64,000 nt of DNA, from the NCBI GenBank assembly GCA_048571215.1, contig CP182352.1:2592001-2656000 (forward strand). Reading direction: 5' to 3'. This document shows positions 17,559-27,264 of the stretch, one piece after another. The notes beneath the pieces were generated by a model that saw only the letters and a list, made by a program, of their open reading frames with translations, was not told where the DNA came from and did not search any database. The translations under genes were made by a program, and so were the position numbers. Source of the stretch: Halarcobacter sp. GTDB lineage: Bacteria; Campylobacterota; Campylobacteria; Campylobacterales; Arcobacteraceae. Within the stretch, counting starts at the first letter, position 1. Every line of letters begins with the position of its first letter.

Positions 17559-17954
17559 ATGAAACTATTAAATATTTTAACAGCAGCAGTGCTAACTATC
17601 TCTGTTGCATCAGCTCAAGATATCATGCAACAATCTATGGCAATCATGGAAAAGGGTATGACTCAAATTCAACAAGGTTTTTTAAATAACAATATTGAAA
17701 TAATCAAAGAGGGAACAAAACTAGTAAAACATGGAAATAAACTATTTTCAGATAGAAAAGTTATCTCTGAATATCTTCCAAAAGATAAAAAACATATGAT
17801 TAATGTTGCAGCTAATGCTTCAAAAAGAATTGAACTTGATGTAAGTGTTTTAGAACTAAATTTAGATGATAAAGCATACATCAATGCAGCAAATGCATAC
17901 TCAGATGTTTTAAATGCATGTGCTAGATGCCACTCTATTGTTAGAAGTTGGTAA
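17559..17954 (+). CDS. Secreted class II (c'/c556-like) cytochrome c
   Basis: Sec signal peptide (ASA-Q), helical sequence, C-terminal CARCH; AAGGGG SD. Confidence 0.8.
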   Translation: MKLLNILTAAVLTISVASAQDIMQQSMAIMEKGMTQIQQGFLNNNIEIIKEGTKLVKHGNKLFSDRKVISEYLPKDKKHMINVAANASKRIELDVSVLELNLDDKAYINAANAYSDVLNACARCHSIVRSW

Positions 17955-17959
17955 TCTTT

Positions 17960-17989
17960 TATAAGATAGACTATTAAGTCTATCTTATA
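17960..17989. terminator. Bidirectional terminator between convergent genes
   Basis: tataagatagact-atta-agtctatcttata perfect inverted repeat. Confidence 0.7.
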
Positions 17990-18656
17990 TTAAAATCTTA
18001 GAAGCAACACTTATAGTTGCAGTTTCACTTCTTAATATCAAATTTGAATTAAATCCAACAACTTTAGAAGAGTTAAAACTGTCTCTTTCATTATTTGAAA
18101 ATCCACCTTCACAACCTATAACAATTGTTTGAATCTCATCTTTTTTCGACTCAATAGAAGTTTCACTAAAATCCAAAATAAAACTATCTGGATTGTTTAA
18201 AAGAAATTTTTCTAAACTCTCTTGTTTTTCTAACTTAATAATAGAACTTCTTCCACATTGTGAGGATGAGTTTAAAAGTATTTTTTCAAGTTTCTCAAAA
18301 TTTATTTTAAAATTCTTTTGGGAATAATCACAAGGTACAAAAGTGATTTTATCTACTCCAATTTCATTTAAAGAAGCAATATTTTTTTCTACAGTTTTAG
18401 GATCAACAATACACCAAACTATATGTAGCTTTTTAGCATTCTCTACTATCTTTTCACTTATCTCAATAAGTTCACAACTAGCTTTCCTTCTATCAATGCT
18501 TATAACTTTATACAAGTACAAGTTTTTGTCTACTAGATTTCTAAAATATATCTCATCATTAATTTTATGTCGTCGGGCTTTAAAAAGATAATTATAGGTT
18601 TCATTATCTATTTGTATAAATTGATTTTTGGCATCAGTATGATATGTAAATTGCAT
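17985..18656 (-). CDS. rsmE: 16S rRNA m3U1498 methyltransferase
   Basis: EIGV, SQCGR, IGCEGGFS, ILRSETA motifs. Confidence 0.92.
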   Translation of the reverse strand: MQFTYHTDAKNQFIQIDNETYNYLFKARRHKINDEIYFRNLVDKNLYLYKVISIDRRKASCELIEISEKIVENAKKLHIVWCIVDPKTVEKNIASLNEIGVDKITFVPCDYSQKNFKINFEKLEKILLNSSSQCGRSSIIKLEKQESLEKFLLNNPDSFILDFSETSIESKKDEIQTIVIGCEGGFSNNERDSFNSSKVVGFNSNLILRSETATISVASKILI

Positions 18657-19060
18657 TAGAAAACTTTTGAAACAATATAAACAAAAACTAAAGTCATAAT
18701 CTCAATTGTATAAATCTTTTTAGCATAAACCATAAACTCTTCTTGCAATTTAGTATCAGAACTTTTAATAACTCTCATCTTTTTATATCTTTTTATTTCA
18801 ATTACCAGTAAAAAGATAGATGCTGCAATCATCAATATAACAGTTAAAGAAAACTCATGAGCATAAGCAGCAACAATTGCACCTGTGTATATAACAATTG
18901 CATTTGTCAAATGATATAAAGGGGTCATAAACTTCAATCTTTTTGCTAAACTTATAAAATCTTTTATACTATATACAGAATAAAAATTAAAAATCATAAT
19001 TACTAAAAAAATATATATTGTATATATATGTGTTACAACTGCACCACTCATTAAATCCAT
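18656..19060 (-). CDS. Hypothetical multi-pass membrane protein
   Basis: Four hydrophobic segments from MDLMSG (19060); TAATG coupling to rsmE. The longer track ORF is just antisense overlap with moeA. Confidence 0.75.
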   Translation of the reverse strand: MDLMSGAVVTHIYTIYIFLVIMIFNFYSVYSIKDFISLAKRLKFMTPLYHLTNAIVIYTGAIVAAYAHEFSLTVILMIAASIFLLVIEIKRYKKMRVIKSSDTKLQEEFMVYAKKIYTIEIMTLVFVYIVSKVF

Positions 19061-19130
19061 GTTAATCTCACTTTTAAAAAATTTTGGTATTATATCTAAC
19101 TTGTCATAATGTATTAGTAAAAGGAAATAT

Positions 19131-20354
19131 ATGGCCATTGAGATGATAGAGGCAATCAATATTATTTCAAATTTGCAACTAAATTTAAAATATGAAATCA
19201 TACCTATAGAGTATGCAAACGGTAGAATATCTGCACAAGAGATTAAATCAGAAATCTCTTTACCTAGATTTAATAACTCTGCAATGGATGGATTTGCTAT
19301 ATTAGAAGAAAATAAAAATGAGTTATTAACTATTGTAGATACTATATTTGCAGGGGATAATAACAATAAACTTTTAAACAATAAAGAGTGTATAAAAATA
19401 ATGACTGGTGCTAAAATACCAGATAATTGTACCGCCATAGTTCCAAAAGAAGATTGTAAGTACATTGATGAGAACACAATTAAAATAGAAAAAAATATAA
19501 AAAAATTTCAACATATTAGATATATTGGTGAAGATATAAATGCTAATGAAGTATTAATAAATATTGGTGAAGAGATAAATTTTTCAAAAATCACCCTACT
19601 TGCTAGTCAAGGGCTTTCACATATTAAAGTATATAAAAAACCCAAAATCAATGTTTTTTCTAGTGGTGAAGAGTTAAAATTACATTATCAAAAAAGTGAA
19701 AACTACCAAATCTATAACTCAAATACACCAACTTTGATAAGTAGATGTGATGAATTAGGATGTAATGTAACATTTATAGGTCAAGCAAGGGATTCTGTAG
19801 AATCAATCAAAAATTTAATTAAAAATTCACTAGATGCTGATTTGTTAATAACATCAGGTGGAGTATCAGTGGGGGATGCCGATTTTACAAAAGAGGCATT
19901 TTCACAATTAGATTTTAAAACAATCTTTGATGGAATAAAAATCAAACCAGGGAAACCAACAGTTTTTGGTAAAATAGATAATACATATATTTTAAATTTA
20001 CCAGGGAACCCCCTTGCAGCTTCACTTATTTTTGAAATCTTTGGAAAACCACTTATTCAAAAACTTCTTGGTTCAAATGAGATTTATCACAATATTATAA
20101 AAGCTAAGATGGCAGAAGATTTAAAAAATAAAAAAGGAAGAGTTACTATAATACCTGGATTCTTTGATGGGGAGTATTTCACCCCTTCACAAAAAAGAAG
20201 CCCTGGAATGGTATCAACCCTTAGTGCTTGTAATTGTATGATTATTTTAAATGAAGAGCTTGAATTATTAAAAAAAGATTCAGCTGTAAATATCTTGCCA
20301 ATCAATTGGAAATTTTTTACTAAAGAAAAAAAGGATTTTTTAACAAATGAGTAG
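19131..20354 (+). CDS. moeA: Molybdopterin molybdotransferase
   Basis: NSAMDGFA, IMTGAKIP, SSGEEL, TSGGVSVGDAD, KPGKP, LPGNP. Confidence 0.95.
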   Translation: MAIEMIEAINIISNLQLNLKYEIIPIEYANGRISAQEIKSEISLPRFNNSAMDGFAILEENKNELLTIVDTIFAGDNNNKLLNNKECIKIMTGAKIPDNCTAIVPKEDCKYIDENTIKIEKNIKKFQHIRYIGEDINANEVLINIGEEINFSKITLLASQGLSHIKVYKKPKINVFSSGEELKLHYQKSENYQIYNSNTPTLISRCDELGCNVTFIGQARDSVESIKNLIKNSLDADLLITSGGVSVGDADFTKEAFSQLDFKTIFDGIKIKPGKPTVFGKIDNTYILNLPGNPLAASLIFEIFGKPLIQKLLGSNEIYHNIIKAKMAEDLKNKKGRVTIIPGFFDGEYFTPSQKRSPGMVSTLSACNCMIILNEELELLKKDSAVNILPINWKFFTKEKKDFLTNE

Positions 20355-21027
20355 CACCTTAAAAAAAAGAGCAGTTTGTATTTTAAGTGGGGGTATGGAC
20401 TCAACCTTAGCCTCATATATAGCGAAAAATGATGGTTATGAGATTATTGCTGTACATTTTAACTATGGTCAAAGAACACAAAATAAAGAATTAGAAGCAT
20501 TTAGAAATATTTGTAAAGATTTGGATATAAAAGAAAAATATGAAATAGATATTCCTTTTTTCACCCAAATTGGAGCAAGTGCTTTAACTGACAATTCAAT
20601 AGATGTTCCAATCCAAGGGGTTCAACCAGGAGTTCCTATCACTTATGTTCCTTTTAGAAATGGAATTTTTATCTCTATAGCAACAGCAATTGCAGAAAAA
20701 GAGGATGCACAATGTTTATATATTGGAGTAGTTGAAGAGGATAGCAGTGGTTATCCAGATTGTACAGACACCTTTATAGATAAAATGACAGAGGCAATTA
20801 ATCAAGGTACTAAAGAAACAACAAAATTGGAGATAAAAACTCCATTAGTTCATATGATGAAAAGTGAGATTGTAACAAAATCATTGCAATTAAATGTGCC
20901 ATTAGAACACACTTGGTCTTGCTATAAAGAGGAAAAAGAAGCTTGTGGAGTTTGTGATTCATGTAGATTAAGATTAAATGGATTTAAAGAAGCAAATGCA
21001 ACTGATCCAATAACTTATAAGGGATAA
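20347..21027 (+). CDS. queC: 7-cyano-7-deazaguanine synthase
   Basis: SGGMDS, YGQR, TYVPFRN, YPDC, TWSCY...CGVCDSCRLR. Confidence 0.97.
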   Translation: MSSTLKKRAVCILSGGMDSTLASYIAKNDGYEIIAVHFNYGQRTQNKELEAFRNICKDLDIKEKYEIDIPFFTQIGASALTDNSIDVPIQGVQPGVPITYVPFRNGIFISIATAIAEKEDAQCLYIGVVEEDSSGYPDCTDTFIDKMTEAINQGTKETTKLEIKTPLVHMMKSEIVTKSLQLNVPLEHTWSCYKEEKEACGVCDSCRLRLNGFKEANATDPITYKG

Positions 21028-21028
21028 A

Positions 21029-21568
21029 ATGATTTGGGAAATTTCAAAATCTTTTGATTTTTGTTATGGGCATAGAGTTTGGTCACAAGAGTTAAATAAA
21101 GAGTACTCAATCGACTCATGCTTAAAGTGTAGACATTTACATGGTCATCAAGGTAAGATTATAGTGTATCTTGAAGCAAGTAATCTTAAAAATGGCATGG
21201 TTACAGATTTCAAACATTTAAATTGGTTTAAAGCCTTTTTGGATGATGTATTAGACCATAAATTTATAATCGATTTAAATGACCCTTTATACCCTACTTT
21301 GCTACCCCATTTCAATAAAAAAGAATTGATAAAATTTGATGAAGAGTATTTTGTGCCAGATTTAACAAAACTTAAAGATGAGCCAATTCATATAAAAGAG
21401 ATGTATGAAGGATATGTATTAGTAGATTTTGTACCAACTAGTGAAAACTTATCAGCTTGGTTTTTAAATATCACTTCAAAAAAAATGAAAAATCTTGGAG
21501 TTAGAGTATCAAAAGTTGAATTTTTAGAAACACCTAAAAGTAAAAGTACAGTTTATGATTCAAATTAA
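21029..21568 (+). CDS. queD: 6-carboxy-5,6,7,8-tetrahydropterin synthase (long variant)
   Basis: CRHLHGH, GMVTDF, LDHKF, PTSENL, ETPKS; between queC and queE. Confidence 0.9.
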   Translation: MIWEISKSFDFCYGHRVWSQELNKEYSIDSCLKCRHLHGHQGKIIVYLEASNLKNGMVTDFKHLNWFKAFLDDVLDHKFIIDLNDPLYPTLLPHFNKKELIKFDEEYFVPDLTKLKDEPIHIKEMYEGYVLVDFVPTSENLSAWFLNITSKKMKNLGVRVSKVEFLETPKSKSTVYDSN

Positions 21569-22304
21569 TGAGATTTTTGGACCAACAATTCAAGGAGAGG
21601 GAAAACTTATAGGAACTCCTTCTATCTTTATTCGTGTTGGAAAATGCAATATGAAATGTGTAGGTTTTAATGTTGAATATGAAACCCCAAGTGGTATAAA
21701 AAACTTTTCATGTGACTCTTTCCACGCAGTTGATACAGCTTTTAAAGAGCAATGGAAAGCTATGGATTGTAAACAGATTTTGGAAGAGAGTTCTAAAATC
21801 ATGCCAAAATACAAAGTAGATATTGTAATAACAGGTGGTGAACCCCTACTTTATTGGAAAGATGAAGAGTTTCAAAAACTTTTAAAATATTTTGTAGAAA
21901 ATAATTACAAGGTGACAATTGAAACAAATGCTTCATTAAATATAGAGTTTGAATACCCATACCAAAAAGAGCTTCTTTTTTCAATGAGTGTAAAACTATC
22001 AAACTCTTTAGAACCTTTAAAAAAAAGGGTAAATATACCTACCTTAACAAAAATTTTAAAGAATACAAAAGATTCGTATCTAAAATTTGTAATAGATAAG
22101 CAGTTTTTACAAAAAGCCAGTGAGGAGATAAATTTCCTTCTTACACAAATACCTAAAGTGGAAGTTTATTTAATGCCAATGGGAGATACAGCTAAACAAA
22201 TAAGTGAAAATAGTGAAGCTGTTATTGCTATGGCTATTGAGTATGGATTTAAATATTGTGACAGACTTCATATTAGAGTTTGGGACAATAAAAGAGGTGT
22301 TTAG
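21555..22304 (+). CDS. queE: 7-carboxy-7-deazaguanine synthase (radical SAM)
   Basis: EIFGPTIQGEG, CNMKC...CD with insertion, ITGGEP, IETN, RLHIRVW. Confidence 0.93.
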   Translation: MIQINEIFGPTIQGEGKLIGTPSIFIRVGKCNMKCVGFNVEYETPSGIKNFSCDSFHAVDTAFKEQWKAMDCKQILEESSKIMPKYKVDIVITGGEPLLYWKDEEFQKLLKYFVENNYKVTIETNASLNIEFEYPYQKELLFSMSVKLSNSLEPLKKRVNIPTLTKILKNTKDSYLKFVIDKQFLQKASEEINFLLTQIPKVEVYLMPMGDTAKQISENSEAVIAMAIEYGFKYCDRLHIRVWDNKRGV

Positions 22305-22412
22305 ATATAATATGCCCTCAATAAAACTATCTTAATAGAGAATTTATTTCTCTAATTGAAAGTAGTAATACAATATGGTACCTTATTTTAGGGACTAATT
22401 TAAAGGATTATA

Positions 22413-23156
22413 ATGAAATTTAGTGGTACAAATGTACTTGTAACAGGTGCAAGTAGAGGTATTGGAGCTGAGATTGCTAAAACATTAGCGAGTTTTGGAT
22501 TAAAAGTTTGGATAAATTATAGAAGTGGAGTTGAAGCAGCAGAAGCTGTAAAAGCAGAGATTGAATCTACTGGTGGGAAAGCTGCCGTTATAAAAGCAGA
22601 TGTTACAAAAGAGGATGAGTTTAATGCAGTAATAAAAACTATAATTGATGCTGATGGAGAACTATCATACTTAGTAAACAATGCAGGAATAACAAAAGAT
22701 AAACTTGCACTTAGAATGTCAGTTGAAGATTTTACAGATGTAATTACAGCAAATTTAACTTCAGCTTTTATTGGTTGTAAGGGTGCTTTAAAAGCTATGG
22801 GTAAAAAAAGATTTGGATCTATTGTAAATATCTCATCAATTGTTGGAGAGATGGGAAACCCTGGTCAAACTAACTACAGTGCATCAAAGGGTGGTTTAAA
22901 TGCTATGACTAAATCTTTTGCAAAAGAAGCAGCTGCAAGAGGGATTAGATATAATGCAATTACACCAGGATTTATCCAAACTAATATGACAGATGAGTTA
23001 AAAGATGAAGTAAAAGCAGAATATGAAAAAAATATTCCCCTTAATAGATTTGGTCAGCCTAAAGAGGTTGCAGAGGCGGTTGCCTTCCTTTTAAGTGATC
23101 ATTCATCATATATTACAGGTGAAATTTTGAAAGTAAATGGTGGATTATACGTTTAA
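22413..23156 (+). CDS. fabG: 3-oxoacyl-ACP reductase
   Basis: TGASRGIG, NNAGITKD, NYSASKGG, VNGG. Confidence 0.96.
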   Translation: MKFSGTNVLVTGASRGIGAEIAKTLASFGLKVWINYRSGVEAAEAVKAEIESTGGKAAVIKADVTKEDEFNAVIKTIIDADGELSYLVNNAGITKDKLALRMSVEDFTDVITANLTSAFIGCKGALKAMGKKRFGSIVNISSIVGEMGNPGQTNYSASKGGLNAMTKSFAKEAAARGIRYNAITPGFIQTNMTDELKDEVKAEYEKNIPLNRFGQPKEVAEAVAFLLSDHSSYITGEILKVNGGLYV

Positions 23157-23219
23157 AAAAGTTTAATTAAATTTTTAATTTGTTATAATTTGGCGATAAA
23201 TTTATTAAAGGAAATGAAT

Positions 23220-23450
23220 ATGGCATTATTTGATGATGTAAAAGAAGTAGTAGTTGAGCAATTAGATTGCGATCCAGCTGAAGTTAAAGAGGATTCTAAA
23301 TTCATTGAGGATTTAGGTGCAGATTCTTTAGATGTTGTTGAATTAGTTATGGCATTAGAAGAGAAATTTGATATCGAAATTCCAGATGAAGATGCTGAGG
23401 GTATTTTAACTGTAGCGGATGCTATTAAATACATCGAAGATAACGCGTAA
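23220..23450 (+). CDS. acpP: Acyl carrier protein
   Basis: [20 protein letters not shown]; start MALFDD after AAGGA. Confidence 0.97.
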   Translation: MALFDDVKEVVVEQLDCDPAEVKEDSKFIEDLGADSLDVVELVMALEEKFDIEIPDEDAEGILTVADAIKYIEDNA

Positions 23451-23469
23451 TTTCTACGCTTAACTAAAG

Positions 23470-23502
23470 AAAAGTCAGTATTTAATTATACTGACTTTTT
23501 TT
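23470..23502 (+). terminator. Intrinsic terminator after acpP
   Basis: aaaagtcagtat-N6-atactgactttt plus T run. Confidence 0.8.
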
Positions 23503-23575
23503 AGTATTTGGATTATTGAGTTTTTGATAAAAAATTGAATTATCTAAATATACTATATAATGTGGAGCATTTTTA

Positions 23576-24835
23576 ATGAGAAGAGTTGTAATTACAGGTC
23601 TAGGTACAATAAATTCAGTTGGACATAGCGTTGAAGAATCTTTTAAAGCAGTTGTTGCAGGAGAATGTGGAATTGATAAAATAACACTTTTTGATGCAAG
23701 TGCTTATTCTGTACAAATTGCAGGAGAAGTAAAAAATTTTGACCCAACTACTGTTATGGATAAAAAAGAGGTAAAAAAAGCAGATAGATTTATTCAACTT
23801 GGTATTAAAGCAGCAAATGAAGCAATGGTTGATGCAGGATTTATAGATGCAGAAAATAAAAGAGTAGATGATTCAATCTCTGAAAGATTTGGACTTATCT
23901 CAGCTTCAGGTATTGGTGGATTATCAACTATTGAAAAAAACTCTATAGTATGTGAGAATAGAGGTCCTAAAAGAATCTCTCCATTCTTTATCCCATCTTC
24001 ATTAGTTAATATGTTAGGTGGTTTTATCTCAATTGAACACGGATTAAAAGGTCCAGGAATATCACATGTAACTGCATGTGCCGCTTCAACTCATGCTTTA
24101 GCTGATGCTGTTAAAACTATCAAGTTAAATGGTGCAGATAAAGTATTAGTAGTTGGTGCAGAAAGTGCTATTTGTGGTGCTGGTGTTGGTGGATTTGCTG
24201 CAATGAAAGCCCTATCTACTAGAAATGATGATCCTAAAACTGCTTCAAGACCATTTGATAAAGATAGAGATGGTTTTGTAATGGGTGAAGGTGCAGGTGC
24301 ACTTGTACTTGAAGATTTAGATGATGCTCTTGCAAGAGGGGCTAAAATATATTGTGAGGTTATTGGTTTTGGTGAAAGTGCAGATGCAAATCATATCACT
24401 GCACCTGTAATGGATGGTCCACTAAGAGCTATGAAAGCAGCCTTAGCAATGGCAAAAGCAACTTTAGGTGAAGAGCCAAAAATTGATTATATCAATACTC
24501 ATGGTACATCAACACCAGTTGGAGATCTAAATGAATCAAAAGCAATTGTAGAGTTATTTGATGGGGAACAAAACTGTCCTCCTGTTACTTCAACTAAGGG
24601 ACAAGTTGGTCACTGTTTAGGAGCTGCTGGAGCTATTGAAGCAGTTTTTGCAATCAAATCATTAAATGAAGGAATAATTCCTCCAACTATAAATATAGAA
24701 AATCAAGATGAAGAGTGTACACTTGACTATGTTCCAGGTACAGCAAGAGAAGCAGAGCTTGAAACTGTTATGAGTAATAACTTTGGTTTTGGTGGAACAA
24801 ATGCTTCAATAATATTTAAAAAATACAAAGCTTAA
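23576..24835 (+). CDS. fabF: Beta-ketoacyl-ACP synthase II
   Basis: RRVVITGLG, TACAAS, SRPFDKDRDGFV, HGTST, GHCLGAAG, NNFGFGG. Confidence 0.96.
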   Translation: MRRVVITGLGTINSVGHSVEESFKAVVAGECGIDKITLFDASAYSVQIAGEVKNFDPTTVMDKKEVKKADRFIQLGIKAANEAMVDAGFIDAENKRVDDSISERFGLISASGIGGLSTIEKNSIVCENRGPKRISPFFIPSSLVNMLGGFISIEHGLKGPGISHVTACAASTHALADAVKTIKLNGADKVLVVGAESAICGAGVGGFAAMKALSTRNDDPKTASRPFDKDRDGFVMGEGAGALVLEDLDDALARGAKIYCEVIGFGESADANHITAPVMDGPLRAMKAALAMAKATLGEEPKIDYINTHGTSTPVGDLNESKAIVELFDGEQNCPPVTSTKGQVGHCLGAAGAIEAVFAIKSLNEGIIPPTINIENQDEECTLDYVPGTAREAELETVMSNNFGFGGTNASIIFKKYKA

Positions 24836-24872
24836 TACAGAGTAAAAACTCTATAGAAGAAGGAAAATAAAT

Positions 24873-25817
24873 TTGGCAACTTACTTAGATTTTGAAGATA
24901 AAATTAAAAAACTAGAAGATGATATCATAGTTGCAAAAACAAAAAATGACGAACCTGCTGTTAATATATTAGAAAAAAAATTAGAAAAAGAGGTTGAGAA
25001 AACATTTAAAAACTTAAATGATTATCAAAAACTTCAATTGGCAAGACACCCAGATAGACCATATGCCTTGGATTATATAAGAGGTTTATTAACAAATGCT
25101 TATGAGATACATGGTGATAGACACTATGTTGATGATCATGCTATAGTATGTTATATAGGTTATATTGGGCAAGAAAAAGTAATGGTGATTGGGGAACAAA
25201 AAGGTCGAGGTACTAAAAATAAACTAAAAAGAAATTTTGGTATGCCAAGTCCTGAAGGTTATAGAAAAGCTTTAAGAGCAGCCCAATTAGCTGAAAAGTT
25301 TAATATACCAATTTTGATGTTAGTAGACACCCCAGGTGCATATCCTGGAATTGGTGCGGAAGAGAGAAATCAAAGTGAAGCAATAGCTAGAAATCTTTAT
25401 GAATTTTCAAATTTAACGACACCAACAATTTCAGTTGTAATTGGAGAAGGGGGTTCAGGCGGGGCCTTAGCTATCTCTGTTGCAGATAAATTGGCAATGA
25501 TGAGATACTCTGTATATGCAGTTATATCTCCTGAGGGTTGTAGTGCTATTTTATGGAACGATCCAGCAAAAGTTGAAACTGCTGCAAATGCACTTAAAAT
25601 AACAGCAGATGCACTAAAAGATTTAAACTTAGTTGATGATGTTGTAAATGAACCATTAATTGGAGCTCATAGAGATAAAGAAGAAGCTATCAAAGCTTTG
25701 GGGGATTATTTTTTAACTACTTTAGAGCAATTAAAGCAACTAACACCTGCACAAAGATACCAAATGAAATACGAAAAACTTATGAATTTAGGTAAATTTC
25801 AGGATGACAATAAATAG
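24873..25817 (+). CDS. accA: Acetyl-CoA carboxylase carboxyltransferase alpha
   Basis: [42 protein letters not shown] start. Confidence 0.97.
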   Translation: MATYLDFEDKIKKLEDDIIVAKTKNDEPAVNILEKKLEKEVEKTFKNLNDYQKLQLARHPDRPYALDYIRGLLTNAYEIHGDRHYVDDHAIVCYIGYIGQEKVMVIGEQKGRGTKNKLKRNFGMPSPEGYRKALRAAQLAEKFNIPILMLVDTPGAYPGIGAEERNQSEAIARNLYEFSNLTTPTISVVIGEGGSGGALAISVADKLAMMRYSVYAVISPEGCSAILWNDPAKVETAANALKITADALKDLNLVDDVVNEPLIGAHRDKEEAIKALGDYFLTTLEQLKQLTPAQRYQMKYEKLMNLGKFQDDNK

Positions 25818-25838
25818 TAAGTTGTAAAACAACTTACT
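25816..25838. terminator. Bidirectional terminator accA/HIT
   Basis: agtaagttgt-aaa-acaacttact inverted repeat between convergent stops. Confidence 0.6.
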
Positions 25839-26173
25839 TATCTAACTAATTTTCCCACAGGTTCTCCACCTAGTAAATGAAAATGTAAATGGTGTACTTC
25901 TTGTCCACCTTCATCTCCAATATTTGTAATCAACCTGTAACCACTTTGTTTTACACCAACTTTTGATGCCACCTTTTGTATAAACTCTGTCATACTAGAC
26001 ATAACTTTTGGAGGCATAACATCAAATGAATCGTAGTGAACCTTAGGTATTATTAAAACATGAATCTTTCTTGCTGGATTGATATCATTAAAAGCTAAAA
26101 AATTTTCATCTTCTAAAACGGTTTGATTTGGTATCTCACCATTTACAATTTTACAGAATATACACATATTCAC
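25838..26173 (-). CDS. Histidine triad (HIT) nucleotide-binding protein
   Basis: CIFCKI, DINP, GQEVHHLHFHLLGG. Confidence 0.95.
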   Translation of the reverse strand: MNMCIFCKIVNGEIPNQTVLEDENFLAFNDINPARKIHVLIIPKVHYDSFDVMPPKVMSSMTEFIQKVASKVGVKQSGYRLITNIGDEGGQEVHHLHFHLLGGEPVGKLVR

Positions 26174-26271
26174 ACCTTGTATTTAATTTAAAAATATTAT
26201 AACCAAACTCTAATAAAATTTTAAGTACAATAGCTACCTTTTAGAAAATAAAATATTGGGAGAATTATAAA

Positions 26272-27264
26272 GTGAAAGAGTGGCTTGATAAAATAAATAA
26301 TGCTGATTCACTTGAAGTTTTAGAGAATTTGAGAGTAGATACATTAGGTAAGAAAGGTGTTATTACATCAGAATTTGCAAAGATGAAATCTATTCCAAGT
26401 GAAGAAAAAAAAGCTTTTGCAGCAAACTTAAATAAACAAAAAGCAGAAATAACAAGTGCAATTGAAGAGAAAAGAGAAGTTTTAGAAAAAGAGGAACTTG
26501 AAAGAAAATTAATAGATGATAAGATAGATGTAACTAAATTCAACAATAATTTATCAAGTGCAGCTTTTCACCCAGTTTCTTTTACAATGGATAAGGTAAT
26601 TACATATTTCCAAAATCTAAATTTTGCAGTTGAAGAGGGACCTTTAGTAGAAGATGATTTTCATAATTTTGAAGCATTAAACCTTCCTAAATTTCACCCT
26701 GCAAGAGATATGCAAGATACATTCTATAATAAAGATTATACATTATTACGAACACATACCTCTCCTGTGCAAATAAGAACTATGTTAAGACAAAAAACTC
26801 CAATAAGAATGATCGCACCAGGAACTGTGTTTAGAAGAGATTATGATTTAACCCATACTCCAATGTTCCATCAAATCGAAGGATTAGTAGTAGACAGTTT
26901 TGATAAAATTTCCTTTGCAAACTTAAAGCATGTAATGGAAGAGTTTTTAAAACATGTATTTGGCGATGTTGAAGTTAGATTTAGACCTTCATTTTTCCCA
27001 TTTACAGAACCATCAGCAGAAGTTGATATCTCATGTGTATTTTGTAAAGGTGAGGGTTGTCGTGTTTGTTCACATACTGGTTGGATAGAGATTCTTGGTT
27101 GTGGAATAGTAGATCAAAATGTATTTAAAGCAGTTGGATATGAAGATGCATCTGGTTATGCCTTTGGAATGGGTATAGAAAGAATTGCCATGTTATTACA
27201 TGATATTGGAGATTTAAGATCTCTATTTGAAAGTGATTTAAGATTATTAGGACAGTTTAAATGA
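26272..27264 (+). CDS. pheS: Phenylalanyl-tRNA synthetase alpha
   Basis: [43 protein letters not shown]. Confidence 0.98.
   Translation: MKEWLDKINNADSLEVLENLRVDTLGKKGVITSEFAKMKSIPSEEKKAFAANLNKQKAEITSAIEEKREVLEKEELERKLIDDKIDVTKFNNNLSSAAFHPVSFTMDKVITYFQNLNFAVEEGPLVEDDFHNFEALNLPKFHPARDMQDTFYNKDYTLLRTHTSPVQIRTMLRQKTPIRMIAPGTVFRRDYDLTHTPMFHQIEGLVVDSFDKISFANLKHVMEEFLKHVFGDVEVRFRPSFFPFTEPSAEVDISCVFCKGEGCRVCSHTGWIEILGCGIVDQNVFKAVGYEDASGYAFGMGIERIAMLLHDIGDLRSLFESDLRLLGQFK

Noticed and set aside
19061..19477. N-terminal extension of the 273-aa minus-strand ORF overlapping moeA
   Set aside because: Antisense shadow of moeA; a start at 19060 gives a non-overlapping divergent layout.
20347..22304. queCDE as a 7-deazaguanine DNA-modification (dpd) island
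   Set aside because: No dpdA/tgt paralog, nuclease or mobile-element context; flanked by moeA and fabG, consistent with ordinary queuosine precursor synthesis.
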